NCBI RefSeq assembly: GCF_023055435.1
Contig: NW_025963780.1
Coordinates: forward strand, 17,856,001 to 17,920,000
Length of the DNA: 64,000 nucleotides
Origin: Haliotis rufescens
Taxonomy: Eukaryota
Direction: 5' to 3'
In this document: positions 26,073-39,898 of the stretch, piece by piece
Layout of the letters: every line of letters starts with the position of its first letter
How positions within the stretch are numbered: position 1 is the first letter of the stretch
The notes under the pieces: generated by a model
What the model was told of the DNA's origin: nothing
Databases searched by the model: none
What the model saw: only the letters and a program-made list of their open reading frames with translations
Translations under genes and position numbers: made by a program

Positions 26073-29000
26073 GAGATGCATGTGAAGCTTCACAGGTACT
26101 ATACCTATATATATGTTGCCAACTTCTTCAGTCACTTACTCATGCATTTCCTAACAATGTGTTGCATTATGTTTCACATTTATCTTGGAGAATAGAAAAT
26201 GGTACAGCCTCACTCATATAACATAGTTTCCTCCCGATGAACAACCCATATGTGGTCTCTCATTACTACATTTGTTGCAATAATATATAGTGCCAATGTG
26301 ATGTAAAATGTTTACTCATTCACCCTCAGATAATGATTTGACAGTACTGCCATAGGCATCAAGTAGTGTGCAGATGTTTTGCAACATTTTTGCGCTCAAT
26401 TGTTCCTCCACATTAATTAGCTCCGCGATTGACTTTTTTGGTTAAAATACAACAGTACCTTTTAGACTGCCAAGAGATATTTTATTAAGAAAGAACGTAA
26501 AGAAATGAAAAATATGTACAAATACAAATACATGTACTTCAGTTACATCCAAAATGTACGGCATCCAGCCTCCCTTCACAGCCGTTCCTATCCACTCCAG
26601 GTTTGATTACAAAAGCGCACAGTGACATATTTCCTCAACATATATTTTTCTTTATTTAAGTAAACATTCTCACAAAATTTATTTCAAGGAAAATTCAAAT
26701 ACAAGTCGAGTAGGACAGTACAGTGGAGGAAAGCGTAGTACAATATAGAAGAGAGTAGAATAATACAGAGTAGGACGGACTCGGACAGTAGAACAGTATA
26801 TAGTGGCATGGTAGTGGAGGGCATTATAGATAAATACAGATTAGAATGGGAGGGTTAAGTATGTAATGTAGAGGGTGATAGGAAAAAACAGAGTGTAGTG
26901 GACAGTGCAGATAGAGCAATAAATGGGGGCGCAGATTCGGACAGCACGGCGGAGGATATAGTAGAGGGAACAGTACAACAGTATGAAGGAGGATAGAGTA
27001 GAATAATAGAGGGAAGAGTTGGACGATACATAGTAGGGTACAGCAGGACAGTACATAGTAGGGTAGATAAGGGCATTACTGAGAAGTGTAGATCATGACA
27101 GGACATGTTACAGTAAAGTATCTAATGGGGACATCAAATAGCTTGATAGTCTTGGAAAATATATAGAGTAGTGGACAGCTGTGCAGATAAGTAAGGAACA
27201 TACGGTAAAGTAGGACAGTACAGAGGATAGATTTGGACAGTATAGCGGGGAATAGTGTAGGACATTACAGAGTAGGGTAGAGTAAGACAGCATAGAGTAG
27301 GGTAGAGTAGAACAGTGCGGAGAAGTGCAGAGTAGGACAGTATAGAGTAGGGTAGAGTAAGACTGTACAGGATAGGGTAGAGTAGGACAGTGTGGAGTAG
27401 GACAGTATAGAGCAGGGTACACAAGGGTAGAGAAGAGTAAAGTAAAGCAGGACAGAGTACGATAGAGTAGGACAGTACAGAGTAGAGTAGAGTAGAGTAG
27501 GACAGTACAGAGTAGGGTAGAGTAGGACAGTACAGAGTAGGGTAGAGTAGGACAGTACAGAGTCGGGTAGAGTAGGACAGTACAGAGTAGGTTAGAGTAA
27601 AGTAGGACAGAGTACGATAGAGTAGGACAGTACAGAGTAGGACAGTGCAAAGTAGTGTAGAGTAGGACAGTACAGAGTAGGACAGTGTAGAGAAGGACAG
27701 TTTAGAGTAGGGTAGAGTAGGACAGTACAGAGTAGGGTAGAGTAGCACAGTGCAGAGTAGTGTAGAGTAGGACAGTAAAGAGTAGGGTAGAGTAAAGTAG
27801 GACAGAGTACGATAGAGTAGGACAGTACAGAGTAGGACAGTGCAAAGTAGTGTAGAGTAGAACAGTACAGAGTAGGAGAGTGCAGAGTAGTGTAGAGAAG
27901 GACAGTACAGAGTAGGGTAGAGTAGGACAGTGCAGAGTAGTGTAGAGTAGGATAGTAAAGAGTAGGGTAGAGTAGGACAGTAGGGGGGGTTGGTTTGGTT
28001 TGGTTTGTTTCTTGTTATGCGGCACTCAGCAATCAGCAATATTCCAGGTATATGACGGCGGTCTGTAAATAATCGAGTCTGGACCAGACAATCCAGTGAT
28101 TGATATCATGAGCATCAATCCATGAAATTGGGATCGATGACATGCATCAACCAAGTCAGCGAGTCTGACCACCCCATCCCGTTAGTCGCCTCTTACGACA
28201 AGCATAGTCACCTTTTATGGCAAGCATGGGTTGCTGAATACCTATTCTACCCCGGGTCTTCACGGGTCGGGGAGGGGAGATGGAGGGGAAGTAGAGATGA
28301 GGGAGGGAAGATGGAGGGTGAGAAGAGACGTAGGAGGGGGATGGAGGTGAAGTAGAGACGGGGGAGGGAAGATGGAGGGTAAGTAGAGACGAGGGAGGGG
28401 GATGGAGGGGAAATAGAGACATGGGAGGGAGGATGGAGGTTAAGTAGAGACGTGGGAGGTGGATGGAGGGGGAGTAGAGACTTGGGAGGAAGGATTTAGG
28501 GGAAGTAGAGAAGAGACGATAGGATGGTAGGGAAGTAGAGACATGGGAGGGAGGATGGAGGTTGAGTAGAGACGTGGGAGGTGGATGGAGGGGGAGTAGA
28601 GACTTGGGAGGAAGGATTTAGGGGAAGTAGAGAAGAGACGATAGGATGGTAGGGAAGTAGAGACATGGGAGGGGGGATGGAGGGCAAGTAGAGATGTGGG
28701 AAGGGGGATGGAGGGTAAGTATAGACGTGTGATTGAGTGGGAGGGAGGATGAAGGAGAAGAAGAGATGTTGGAGGGAGGATGGAGGGGAAATAGACATGA
28801 GGGAGGGAAGATGGAGGGTAAGTAGAGATGTTGGAGGGAGGATGGAGGGGAAGTAGAGGCGAGGTAGGGAGAATGAAGGGAAAGTAGGAATGATGAAGGG
28901 GACATAGAGACAATGGATTGTAAGTGATTGGGGATTAGGGAGGATGGGGTGGCGGAGGGTTGAAGGGAAGTAGCGAGTTTTGGTGGAGGGGATGTAGAGA

Positions 29001-32000
29001 CATGGGAGGGAGGATGAAGGGGAAGTAGACACGAGGGAGGGAGGATGTAGAGACGAGGAAGGGAAGATGGACACGACAGGACACGACACGATCTCTTTAT
29101 ATCCGACAGAAACTGAAAATAACTTTGAAAATGCTGTAAGTACAGCCACACCAAGGAAAGATGTTTCCCATCCGTATACTGCTGATGAAGTTGTATTATA
29201 TGCTTCAATATATGTTCATTTATGATCAGTGTTCCTCAGAGTGACCCACCTTTTGAGTCAGTCAGAATAATTTACCAGTCACCCATGTTTGTATTAGGAA
29301 CCTTTTGGTGACAATGGCTACCCGGCGTTAAAATTTTGCACTGGTCTTATAGTGCCAAACTGCCCAATAGTTAAGGTGCCATAAGGAATAGGATAAATTT
29401 GTTCTTTCAAAGGGTTTTAAAGGTATCATTATAATGACTAGTTGGCTAAAACTAACGCTGCTACTGAGTATGAATAGTTCTAAATGGAGGACCAGCTGTG
29501 ACGTGTTGTATCAGCTTATTGCCAGTGTTCATCATTGACTAACCGTAAAATGGTTTACTATGAATCATCTTGTCCCACTAACCACTGGTTTGCCTTGTCT
29601 AGGCTGGATTACCTGAAATGCCGCCATGGTAAAGTTGCAACAATGCCGATTACCTCAATCACTCACTCATGAGTGTGTTAACAAACATGTGTTACACGTT
29701 TCCACTGCTTCACTCAGAGATACAGCGATAATTCTGGGGTGGTACCTTGTGCATTTAGCCCCTAAATTTGAAAAAAGGCCCACATTTTATTACAATTGGG
29801 CATTTTAACATTGTGCTTGTATGGGCCTCCCTCTGGAATATTTGAAATTTTCACATAAAGGGCCCAGGTCAGAAAATTACTAGAGTGAACCCTGGAGATG
29901 CATGAGATGCCAACTTCTTCAGTCACTTACTCATGCATTTCCTAACAATGTGTTGCATTATGTTTCACATTTATCTTGGAGAATAGAAAATGGTACAGCC
30001 TCACTCATATAACATAGTTTCCTCCCGATGAACAACCCATATGTGGTCTCTCATTACTACATTTGTTGCAATAATATATAGTGCCAATGTGATGTAAAAT
30101 GTTTACTCATTCACCCTCAGATAATGATTTGACAGTACTGCCATAGGCATCAAGTAGTGTGCAGATGTTTTGCAACATTTTTGCGCTCAATTGTTCCTCC
30201 ACATTAATTAGCTCCGCGATTGACTTTTTTGGTTAAAATACAACAGTACCTTTTAGACTGCCAAGAGATATTTTATTAAGAAAGAACGTAAAGAAATGAA
30301 AAATATGTACAAATACAAATACATGTACTTCAGTTACATCCAAAATGTACGGCATCCAGCCTCCCTTCACAGCCGTTCCTATCCACTCCAGGTTTGATTA
30401 CAAAAGCGCACAGTGACATATTTCCTCAACATATATTTTTCTTTATTTAAGTAAACATTCTCACAAAATTTATTTCAAGGAAAATTCAAATACAAGTCGA
30501 GTAGGACAGTACAGTGGAGGAAAGCGTAGTACAATATAGAAGAGAGTAGAATAATACAGAGTAGGACGGACTCGGACAGTAGAACAGTATATAGTGGCAT
30601 GGTAGTGGAGGGCATTATAGATAAATACAGATTAGAATGGGAGGGTTAAGTATGTAATGTAGAGGGTGATAGGAAAAAACAGAGTGTAGTGGACAGTGCA
30701 GATAGAGCAATAAATAGGGGCGCAGATTCGGACAGCACGGCGGAGGATATAGTAGAGGGAACAGTACAACAGTATGAAGGAGGATAGAGTAGAATAATAG
30801 AGGGAAGAGTTGGACGATACATAGTAGGGTACAGCAGGACAGTACATAGTAGGGTAGATAAGGGCATTACTGAGAAGTGTAGATCATGACAGGACATGTT
30901 ACAGTAAAGTATCTAATGGGGACATCAAATAGCTTGATAGTCTTGGAAAATATATAGAGTAGTGGACAGCTGTGCAGATAAGTAAGGAACATACGGTAAA
31001 GTAGGACAGTACAGAGGATAGATTTGGACAGTATAGCGGGGAATAGTGTAGGACATTACAGAGTAGGGTAGAGTAAGACAGCATAGAGTAGGGTAGAGTA
31101 GAACAGTGCGGAGAAGTGCAGAGTAGGACAGTATAGAGTAGGGTAGAGTAAGACTGTACAGGATAGGGTAGAGTAGGACAGTGTGGAGTAGGACAGTATA
31201 GAGCAGGGTACACAAGGGTAGAGAAGGGTAAAGTAAAGCAGGACAGAGTACGATAGAGTAGGACAGTACAGAGTAGAGTAGAGTAGAGTAGGACAGTACA
31301 GAGTAGGGTAGAGTAGGACAGTACAGAGTAGGGTAGAGTAGGACAGTACAGAGTCGGGTAGAGTAGGACAGTACAGAGTAGGTTAGAGTAAAGTAGGACA
31401 GAGTACGATAGAGTAGGACAGTACAGAGTAGGACAGTGCAAAGTAGTGTAGAGTAGGACAGTACAGAGTAGGACAGTGTAGAGAAGGACAGTTTAGAGTA
31501 GGGTAGAGTAGGACAGTACAGAGTAGGGTAGAGTAGCACAGTGCAGAGTAGTGTAGAGTAGGACAGTAAAGAGTAGGGTAGAGTAAAGTAGGACAGAGTA
31601 CGATAGAGTAGGACAGTACAGAGTAGGACAGTGCAAAGTAGTGTAGAGTAGAACAGTACAGAGTAGGAGAGTGCAGAGTAGTGTAGAGAAGGACAGTACA
31701 GAGTAGGGTAGAGTAGGACAGTGCAGAGTAGTGTAGAGTAGGATAGTAAAGAGTAGGGTAGAGTAGGACAGTAGGGGGGGTTGGTTTGGTTTGGTTTGTT
31801 TCTTGTTATGCGGCACTCAGCAATCAGCAATATTCCAGGTATATGACGGCGGTCTGTAAATAATCGAGTCTGGACCAGACAATCCAGTGATTGATATCAT
31901 GAGCATCAATCCATGAAATTGGGATCGATGACATGCATCAACCAAGTCAGCGAGTCTGACCACCCCATCCCGTTAGTCGCCTCTTACGACAAGCATAGTC

Positions 32001-35000
32001 ACCTTTTATGGCAAGCATGGGTTGCTGAATACCTATTCTACCCCGGGTCTTCACGGGTCGGGGAGGGGAGATGGAGGGGAAGTAGAGATGAGGGAGGGAA
32101 GATGGAGGGTGAGAAGAGACGTAGGAGGGGGATGGAGGTGAAGTAGAGACGGGGGAGGGAAGATGGAGGGTAAGTAGAGACGAGGGAGGGGGATGGAGGG
32201 GAAATAGAGACATGGGAGGGAGGATGGAGGTTAAGTAGAGACGTGGGAGGTGGATGGAGGGGGAGTAGAGACTTGGGAGGAAGGATTTAGGGGAAGTAGA
32301 GAAGAGACGATAGGATGGTAGGGAAGTAGAGACATGGGAGGGAGGATGGAGGTTGAGTAGAGACGTGGGAGGTGGATGGAGGGGGAGTAGAGACTTGGGA
32401 GGAAGGATTTAGGGGAAGTAGAGAAGAGACGATAGGATGGTAGGGAAGTAGAGACATGGGAGGGGGGATGGAGGGCAAGTAGAGATGTGGGAAGGGGGAT
32501 GGAGGGTAAGTATAGACGTGTGATTGAGTGGGAGGGAGGATGAAGGAGAAGAAGAGATGTTGGAGGGAGGATGGAGGGGAAATAGACATGAGGGAGGGAA
32601 GATGGAGGGTAAGTAGAGATGTTGGAGGGAGGATGGAGGGGAAGTAGAGGCGAGGTAGGGAGAATGAAGGGAAAGTAGGAATGATGAAGGGGACATAGAG
32701 ACAATGGATTGTAAGTGATTGGGGATTAGGGAGGATGGGGTGGCGGAGGGTTGAAGGGAAGTAGCGAGTTTTGGTGGAGGGGATGTAGAGACATGGGAGG
32801 GAGGATGAAGGGGAAGTAGACACGAGGGAGGGAGGATGTAGAGACGAGGAAGGGAAGATGGACACGACAGGACACGACACGATCTCTTTATATCCGACAG
32901 AAACTGAAAATAACTTTGAAAATGCTGTAAGTACAGCCACACCAAGGAAAGATGTTTCCCATCCTATACTGCTGATGAAGTTGTATTATATGCTTCAATA
33001 TATGTTCATTTATGATCAGTGTTCCTCAGAGTGACCCACCTTTTGAGTCAGTCAGAATAATTTACCAGTCACCCATGTTTGTATTAGGAACCTTTTGGTG
33101 ACAATGGCTACCCGGCGTTAAAATTTTGCACTGGTCTTATAGTGCCAAACTGCCCAATAGTTAAGGTGCCATAAGGAATAGGATAAATTTGTTCTTTCAA
33201 AGGGTTTTAAAGGTATCATTATAATGACTAGTTGGCTAAAACTAACGCTGCTACTGAGTATGAATAGTTCTAAATGGAGGACCAGCTGTGACGTGTTGTA
33301 TCAGCTTATTGCCAGTGTTCATCATTGACTAACCGTAAAATGGTTTACTATGAATCATCTTGTCCCACTAACCACTGGTTTGCCTTGTCTAGGCTGGATT
33401 ACCTGAAATGCCGCCATGGTAAAGTTGCAACAATGCCGATTACCTCAATCACTCACTCATGAGTGTGTTAACAAACATGTGTTACACGTTTCCACTGCTT
33501 CACTCAGAGATACAGGGATAATTCTGGGGTGGTACCTTGTGCATTTAGCGCCTAAATTTGAAAAAAGGCCCACATTTTATTACAATTGGGCATTTTAACA
33601 TTGTGCTTGTATGGGCCTCCCTCTGGAATATTTGAAATTTTCACATAAAGGGCCCAGGTCAGAAAATTACTAGAGTGAACCCTGGAGATGCATGTGAAGC
33701 TTCACAGGTACTATACCTATATATATGTTGCCAACTTCTTCAGTCACTTACTCATGCATTTCCTAACAATGTGTTGCATTATGTTTCACATTTATCTTGG
33801 AGAATAGAAAATGGTACAGCCTCACTCATATAACATAGTTTCCTCCCGATGAACAACCCATATGTGGTCTCTCATTACTACATTTGTTGCAATAATATAT
33901 AGTGCCAATGTGATGTAAAATGTTTACTCATTCACCCTCAGATAATGATTTGACAGTACTGCCATAGGCATCAAGTAGTGTGCAGATGTTTTGCAACATT
34001 TTTGCGCTCAATTGTTCCTCCACATTAATTAGCTCCGCGATTGACTTTTTTGGTTAAAATACAACAGTACCTTTTAGACTGCCAAGAGATATTTTATTAA
34101 GAAAGAACGTAAAGAAATGAAAAATATGTACAAATACAAATACATGTACTTCAGTTACATCCAAAATGTACGGCATCCAGCCTCCCTTCACAGCCGTTCC
34201 TATCCACTCCAGGTTTGATTACAAAAGCGCACAGTGACATATTTCCTCAACATATATTTTTCTTTATTTAAGTAAACATTCTCACAAAATTTATTTCAAG
34301 GAAAATTCAAATACAAGTCGAGTAGGACAGTACAGTGGAGGAAAGCGTAGTACAATATAGAAGAGAGTAGAATAATACAGAGTAGGACGGACTCGGACAG
34401 TAGAACAGTATATAGTGGCATGGTAGTGGAGGGCATTATAGATAAATACAGATTAGAATGGGAGGGTTAAGTATGTAATGTAGAGGGTGATAGGAAAAAA
34501 CAGAGTGTAGTGGACAGTGCAGATAGAGCAATAAATGGGGGCGCAGATTCGGACAGCACGGCGGAGGATATAGTAGAGGGAACAGTACAACAGTATGAAG
34601 GAGGATAGAGTAGAATAATAGAGGGAAGAGTTGGACGATACATAGTAGGGTACAGCAGGACAGTACATAGTAGGGTAGATAAGGGCATTACTGAGAAGTG
34701 TAGATCATGACAGGACATGTTACAGTAAAGTATCTAATGGGGACATCAAATAGCTTGATAGTCTTGGAAAATATATAGAGTAGTGGACAGCTGTGCAGAT
34801 AAGTAAGGAACATACGGTAAAGTAGGACAGTACAGAGGATAGATTTGGACAGTATAGCGGGGAATAGTGTAGGACATTACAGAGTAGGGTAGAGTAAGAC
34901 AGCATAGAGTAGGGTAGAGTAGAACAGTGCGGAGAAGTGCAGAGTAGGACAGTATAGAGTAGGGTAGAGTAAGACTGTACAGGATAGGGTAGAGTAGGAC

Positions 35001-38000
35001 AGTGTGGAGTAGGACAGTATAGAGTAGGGTACACAAGGGTAGAGAAGGGTAAAGTAAAGCAGGACAGAGTACGATAGAGTAGGACAGTACAGAGTAGAGT
35101 AGAGTAGAGTAGGACAGTACAGAGTAGGGTAGAGTAGGACAGTACAGAGTAGGGTAGAGTAGGACAGTACAGAGTCGGGTAGAGTAGGACAGTGCAGAGT
35201 AGGTTAGAGTAAAGTAGGACAGAGTACGATAGAGTAGGACAGTACAGAGTAGGACAGTGCAAAGTAGTGTAGAGTAGGACAGTACAGAGTAGGACAGTGT
35301 AGAGAAGGACAGTTTAGAGTAGGGTAGAGTAGGACAGTACAGAGTAGGGTAGAGTAGCACAGTGCAGAGTAGTGTAGAGTAGGACAGTAAAGAGTAGGGT
35401 AGAGTAAAGTAGGACAGAGTACGATAGAGTAGGACAGTACAGAGTAGGACAGTGCAAAGTAGTGTAGAGTAGAACAGTACAGAGTAGGAGAGTGCAGAGT
35501 AGTGTAGAGAAGGACAGTACAGAGTAGGGTAGAGTAGGACAGTGCAGAGTAGTGTAGAGTAGGATAGTAAAGAGTAGGGTAGAGTAGGACAGTAGGGGGG
35601 GTTGGTTTGGTTTGTTTCTTGTTATGCGGCACTCAGCAATCAGCAATATTCCAGGTATATGACGGCGGTCTGTAAATAATCGAGTCTGGACCAGACAATC
35701 CAGTGATTGATATCATGAGCATCAATCCATGAAATTGGGATCGATGACATGCATCAACCAAGTCAGCGAGTCTGACCACCCCATCCCGTTAGTCGCCTCT
35801 TACGACAAGCATAGTCACCTTTTATGGCAAGCATGGGTTGCTGAATACCTATTCTACCCCGGGTCTTCACGGGTCGGGGAGGGGAGATGGAGGGGAAGTA
35901 GAGATGAGGGAGGGAAGATGGAGGGTGAGAAGAGACGTAGGAGGGGGATGGAGGTGAAGTAGAGACGGGGGAGGGAAGATGGAGGGTAAGTAGAGACGAG
36001 GGAGGGGGATGGAGGGGAAATAGAGACATGGGAGGGAGGATGGAGGTTAAGTAGAGACGTGGGAGGTGGATGGAGGGGGAGTAGAGACTTGGGAGGAAGG
36101 ATTTAGGGGAAGTAGAGAAGAGACGATAGGATGGTAGGGAAGTAGAGACATGGGAGGGAGGATGGAGGTTGAGTAGAGACGTGGGAGGTGGATGGAGGGG
36201 GAGTAGAGACTTGGGAGGAAGGATTTAGGGGAAGTAGAGAAGAGACGATAGGATGGTAGGGAAGTAGAGACATGGGAGGGGGGATGGAGGGCAAGTAGAG
36301 ATGTGGGAAGGGGGATGGAGGGTAAGTATAGACGTGTGATTGAGTGGGAGGGAGGATGAAGGAGAAGTAGAGATGTTGGAGGGAGGATGGAGGGGAAATA
36401 GACATGAGGGAGGGAAGATGGAGGGTAAGTAGAGATGTTGGAGGGAGGATGGAGGGGAAGTAGAGGCGAGGTAGGGAGAATGAAGGGAAAGTAGGAATGA
36501 TGAAGGGGACATAGAGACAATGGATTGTAAGTGATTGGGGATTAGGGAGGATGGGGTGGCGGAGGGTTGAAGGGAAGTAGCGAGTTTTGGTGGAGGGGAT
36601 GTAGAGACATGGGAGGGAGGATGAAGGGGAAGTAGACACGAGGGAGGGAGGATGTAGAGACGAGGAAGGGAAGATGGACACGACAGGACACGACACGATC
36701 TCTTTATATCCGACAGAAACTGAAAATAACTTTGAAAATGCTGTAAGTACAGCCACACCAAGGAAAGATGTTTCCCATCCGTATACTGCTGATGAAGTTG
36801 TATTATATGCTTCAATATATGTTCATTTATGATCAGTGTTCCTCAGAGTGACCCACCTTTTGAGTCAGTCAGAATAATTTACCAGTCACCCATGTTTGTA
36901 TTAGGAACCTTTTGGTGACAATGGCTACCCGGCGTTAAAATTTTGCACTGGTCTTATAGTGCCAAACTGCCCAATAGTTAAGGTGCCATAAGGAATAGGA
37001 TAAATTTGTTCTTTCAAAGGGTTTTAAAGGTATCATTATAATGACTAGTTGGCTAAAACTAACGCTGCTACTGAGTATGAATAGTTCTAAATGGAGGACC
37101 AGCTGTGACGTGTTGTATCAGCTTATTGCCAGTGTTCATCATTGACTAACCGTAAAATGGTTTACTATGAATCATCTTGTCCCACTAACCACTGGTTTGC
37201 CTTGTCTAGGCTCGATTACCTGAAATGCCGCCATGGTAAAGTTGCAACAATGCCGATTACCTCAATCACTCACTCATGAGTGTGTTAACAAACATGTGTT
37301 ACACGTTTCCACTGCTTCACTCAGAGATACAGGGATAATTCTGGGGTGGTACCTTGTGCATTTAGCGCCTAAATTTGAAAAAAGGCCCACATTTTATTAC
37401 AATTGGGCATTTTAACATTGTGCTTGTATGGGCCTCCCTCTGGAATATTTGAAATTTTCACATAAAGGGCCCAGGTCAGAAAATTACTAGAGTGAACCCT
37501 GGAGATGCATGTGAAGCTTCACAGGTACTATACCTATATATATGTTGCCAACTTCTTCAGTCACTTACTCATGCATTTCCTAACAATGTGTTGCATTATG
37601 TTTCACATTTATCTTGGAGAATAGAAAATGGTACAGCCTCACTCATATAACATAGTTTCCTCCCGATGAACAACCCATATGTGGTCTCTCATTACTACAT
37701 TTGTTGCAATAATATATAGTGCCAATGTGATGTAAAATGTTTACTCATTCACCCTCAGATAATGATTTGACAGTACTGCCATAGGCATCAAGTAGTGTGC
37801 AGATGTTTTGCAACATTTTTGCGCTCAATTGTTCCTCCACATTAATTAGCTCCGCGATTGACTTTTTTGGTTAAAATACAACAGTACCTTTTAGACTGCC
37901 AAGAGATATTTTATTAAGAAAGAACGTAAAGAAATGAAAAATATGTACAAATACAAATACATGTACTTCAGTTACATCCAAAATGTACGGCATCCAGCCT

Positions 38001-38134
38001 CCCTTCACAGCCGTTCCTATCCACTCCAGGTTTGATTACAAAAGCGCACAGTGACATATTTCCTCAACATATATTTTTCTTTATTTAAGTAAACATTCTC
38101 ACAAAATTTATTTCAAGGAAAATTCAAATACAAG

Positions 38135-39740
38135 TCGAGTAGGACAGTACAGTGGAGGAAAGCGTAGTACAATATAGAAGAGAGTAGAATAATACAGAGT
38201 AGGACGGACTCGGACAGTAGAACAGTATATAGTGGCATGGTAGTGGAGGGCATTATAGATAAATACAGATTAGAATGGGAGGGTTAAGTATGTAATGTAG
38301 AGGGTGATAGGAAAAAACAGAGTGTAGTGGACAGTGCAGATAGAGCAATAAATAGGGGCGCAGATTCGGACAGCACGGCGGAGGATATAGTAGAGGGAAC
38401 AGTACAACAGTATGAAGGAGGATAGAGTAGAATAATAGAGGGAAGAGTTGGACGATACATAGTAGGGTACAGCAGGACAGTACATAGTAGGGTAGATAAG
38501 GGCATTACTGAGAAGTGTAGATCATGACAGGACATGTTACAGTAAAGTATCTAATGGGGACATCAAATAGCTTGATAGTCTTGGAAAATATATAGAGTAG
38601 TGGACAGCTGTGCAGATAAGTAAGGAACATACGGTAAAGTAGGACAGTACAGAGGATAGATTTGGACAGTATAGCGGGGAATAGTGTAGGACATTACAGA
38701 GTAGGGTAGAGTAAGACAGCATAGAGTAGGGTAGAGTAGAACAGTGCGGAGAAGTGCAGAGTAGGACAGTATAGAGTAGGGTAGAGTAAGACTGTACAGG
38801 ATAGGGTAGAGTAGGACAGTGTGGAGTAGGACAGTATAGAGTAGGGTACACAAGGGTAGAGAAGGGTAAAGTAAAGCAGGACAGAGTACGATAGAGTAGG
38901 ACAGTACAGAGTAGAGTAGAGTAGAGTAGGACAGTACAGAGTAGGGTAGAGTAGGACAGTACAGAGTAGGGTAGAGTAGGACAGTACAGAGTCGGGTAGA
39001 GTAGGACAGTGCAGAGTAGGTTAGAGTAAAGCAGGACAGAGTACGATAGAGTAGGACAGTGCAGAGTAGGGTAGAGTAGGACAGTACAGAGTAGGGTAGA
39101 GAAGGACAGTACAGAGTAGGGGAGAGTAAAGAAGGACAGAGTACGATAGAGTAGGACAGTACAGAGTAGGACAGCGCAAAGTAGTGTAGAGTAGGACAGT
39201 ACTGGGAAGGGTAGAGTAAAGCAGGACAGAGTACCATAGAGTAGGACAGTACAGAGTAGGACAGTACAGAGTAGAGTAGAGAAGGACAGTACAGAGTAGT
39301 GTACAGTAGGACAGTACAGAGTAGGACAGTGCAGAGTAGTGTAGAAAAGGACAGTACAGAGTAGGGTAGAGTAGGACAGTACAGAGTAGGGTAGAGAAGG
39401 ACAGTTTAGAGTAGTGTAGAGTAGGACAGTACAGAGTAGGGTAGAGTAGGACAGTACAGAGTAGGGTAGAGTAGGACAGTACAGAGTAGGGTAGAGTGGG
39501 ACAGTACAGACTATGGTAGAGTAAAGCAGGACAGAGGTGGATAGAGTAGGACGGTACAGAGTAGGGTAGAGTAGGACAGTACAGAGTAGGGTAGAGTAGG
39601 ACAGTGCAGAGTAGTGTAGAGTAGGACAGTACAGAGTAGGGTAGAGTAGGACAGTACAGAGTAGGGTAGAGTAGGACAGTACAGAGTATGGTAGAGTAAA
39701 GCAGGACAGAGGTGGATAGAGTAGGACGGTACAGAGTATA
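38135..39740. repeat. 25-bp satellite (GAGTAGGACAGTACAGAGTAGGGTA); also at the right end of the other 3.8-kb units
   Basis: Direct tandem copies built from 15-mer and 10-mer modules. Confidence 0.95.
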
Positions 39741-39898
39741 TAAAACAGAATCAGTAGCAGATGGTCAAAATATGATTTGACAGTCTTGAACTGCAAACAA
39801 AGAAGGAAGGAGGGTAAGAGAAGGATCACCATGTACTCACATTAACCTAACCACTATACACTAATCTATACCTACCTGTCCTCTACACCTTACAGTGT

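Larger units (their letters stand above)
24200..39050. repeat. Four near-identical ~3.8-kb tandem units (SINE A + 31-bp satellite + ~1.45 kb unique sequence + 25-bp satellite)
   Basis: Equivalent ORFs at 24331/28122/31913/35729 and at 25804/29626/33416/37233. Units differ by only a few substitutions and small indels. Confidence 0.95.
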
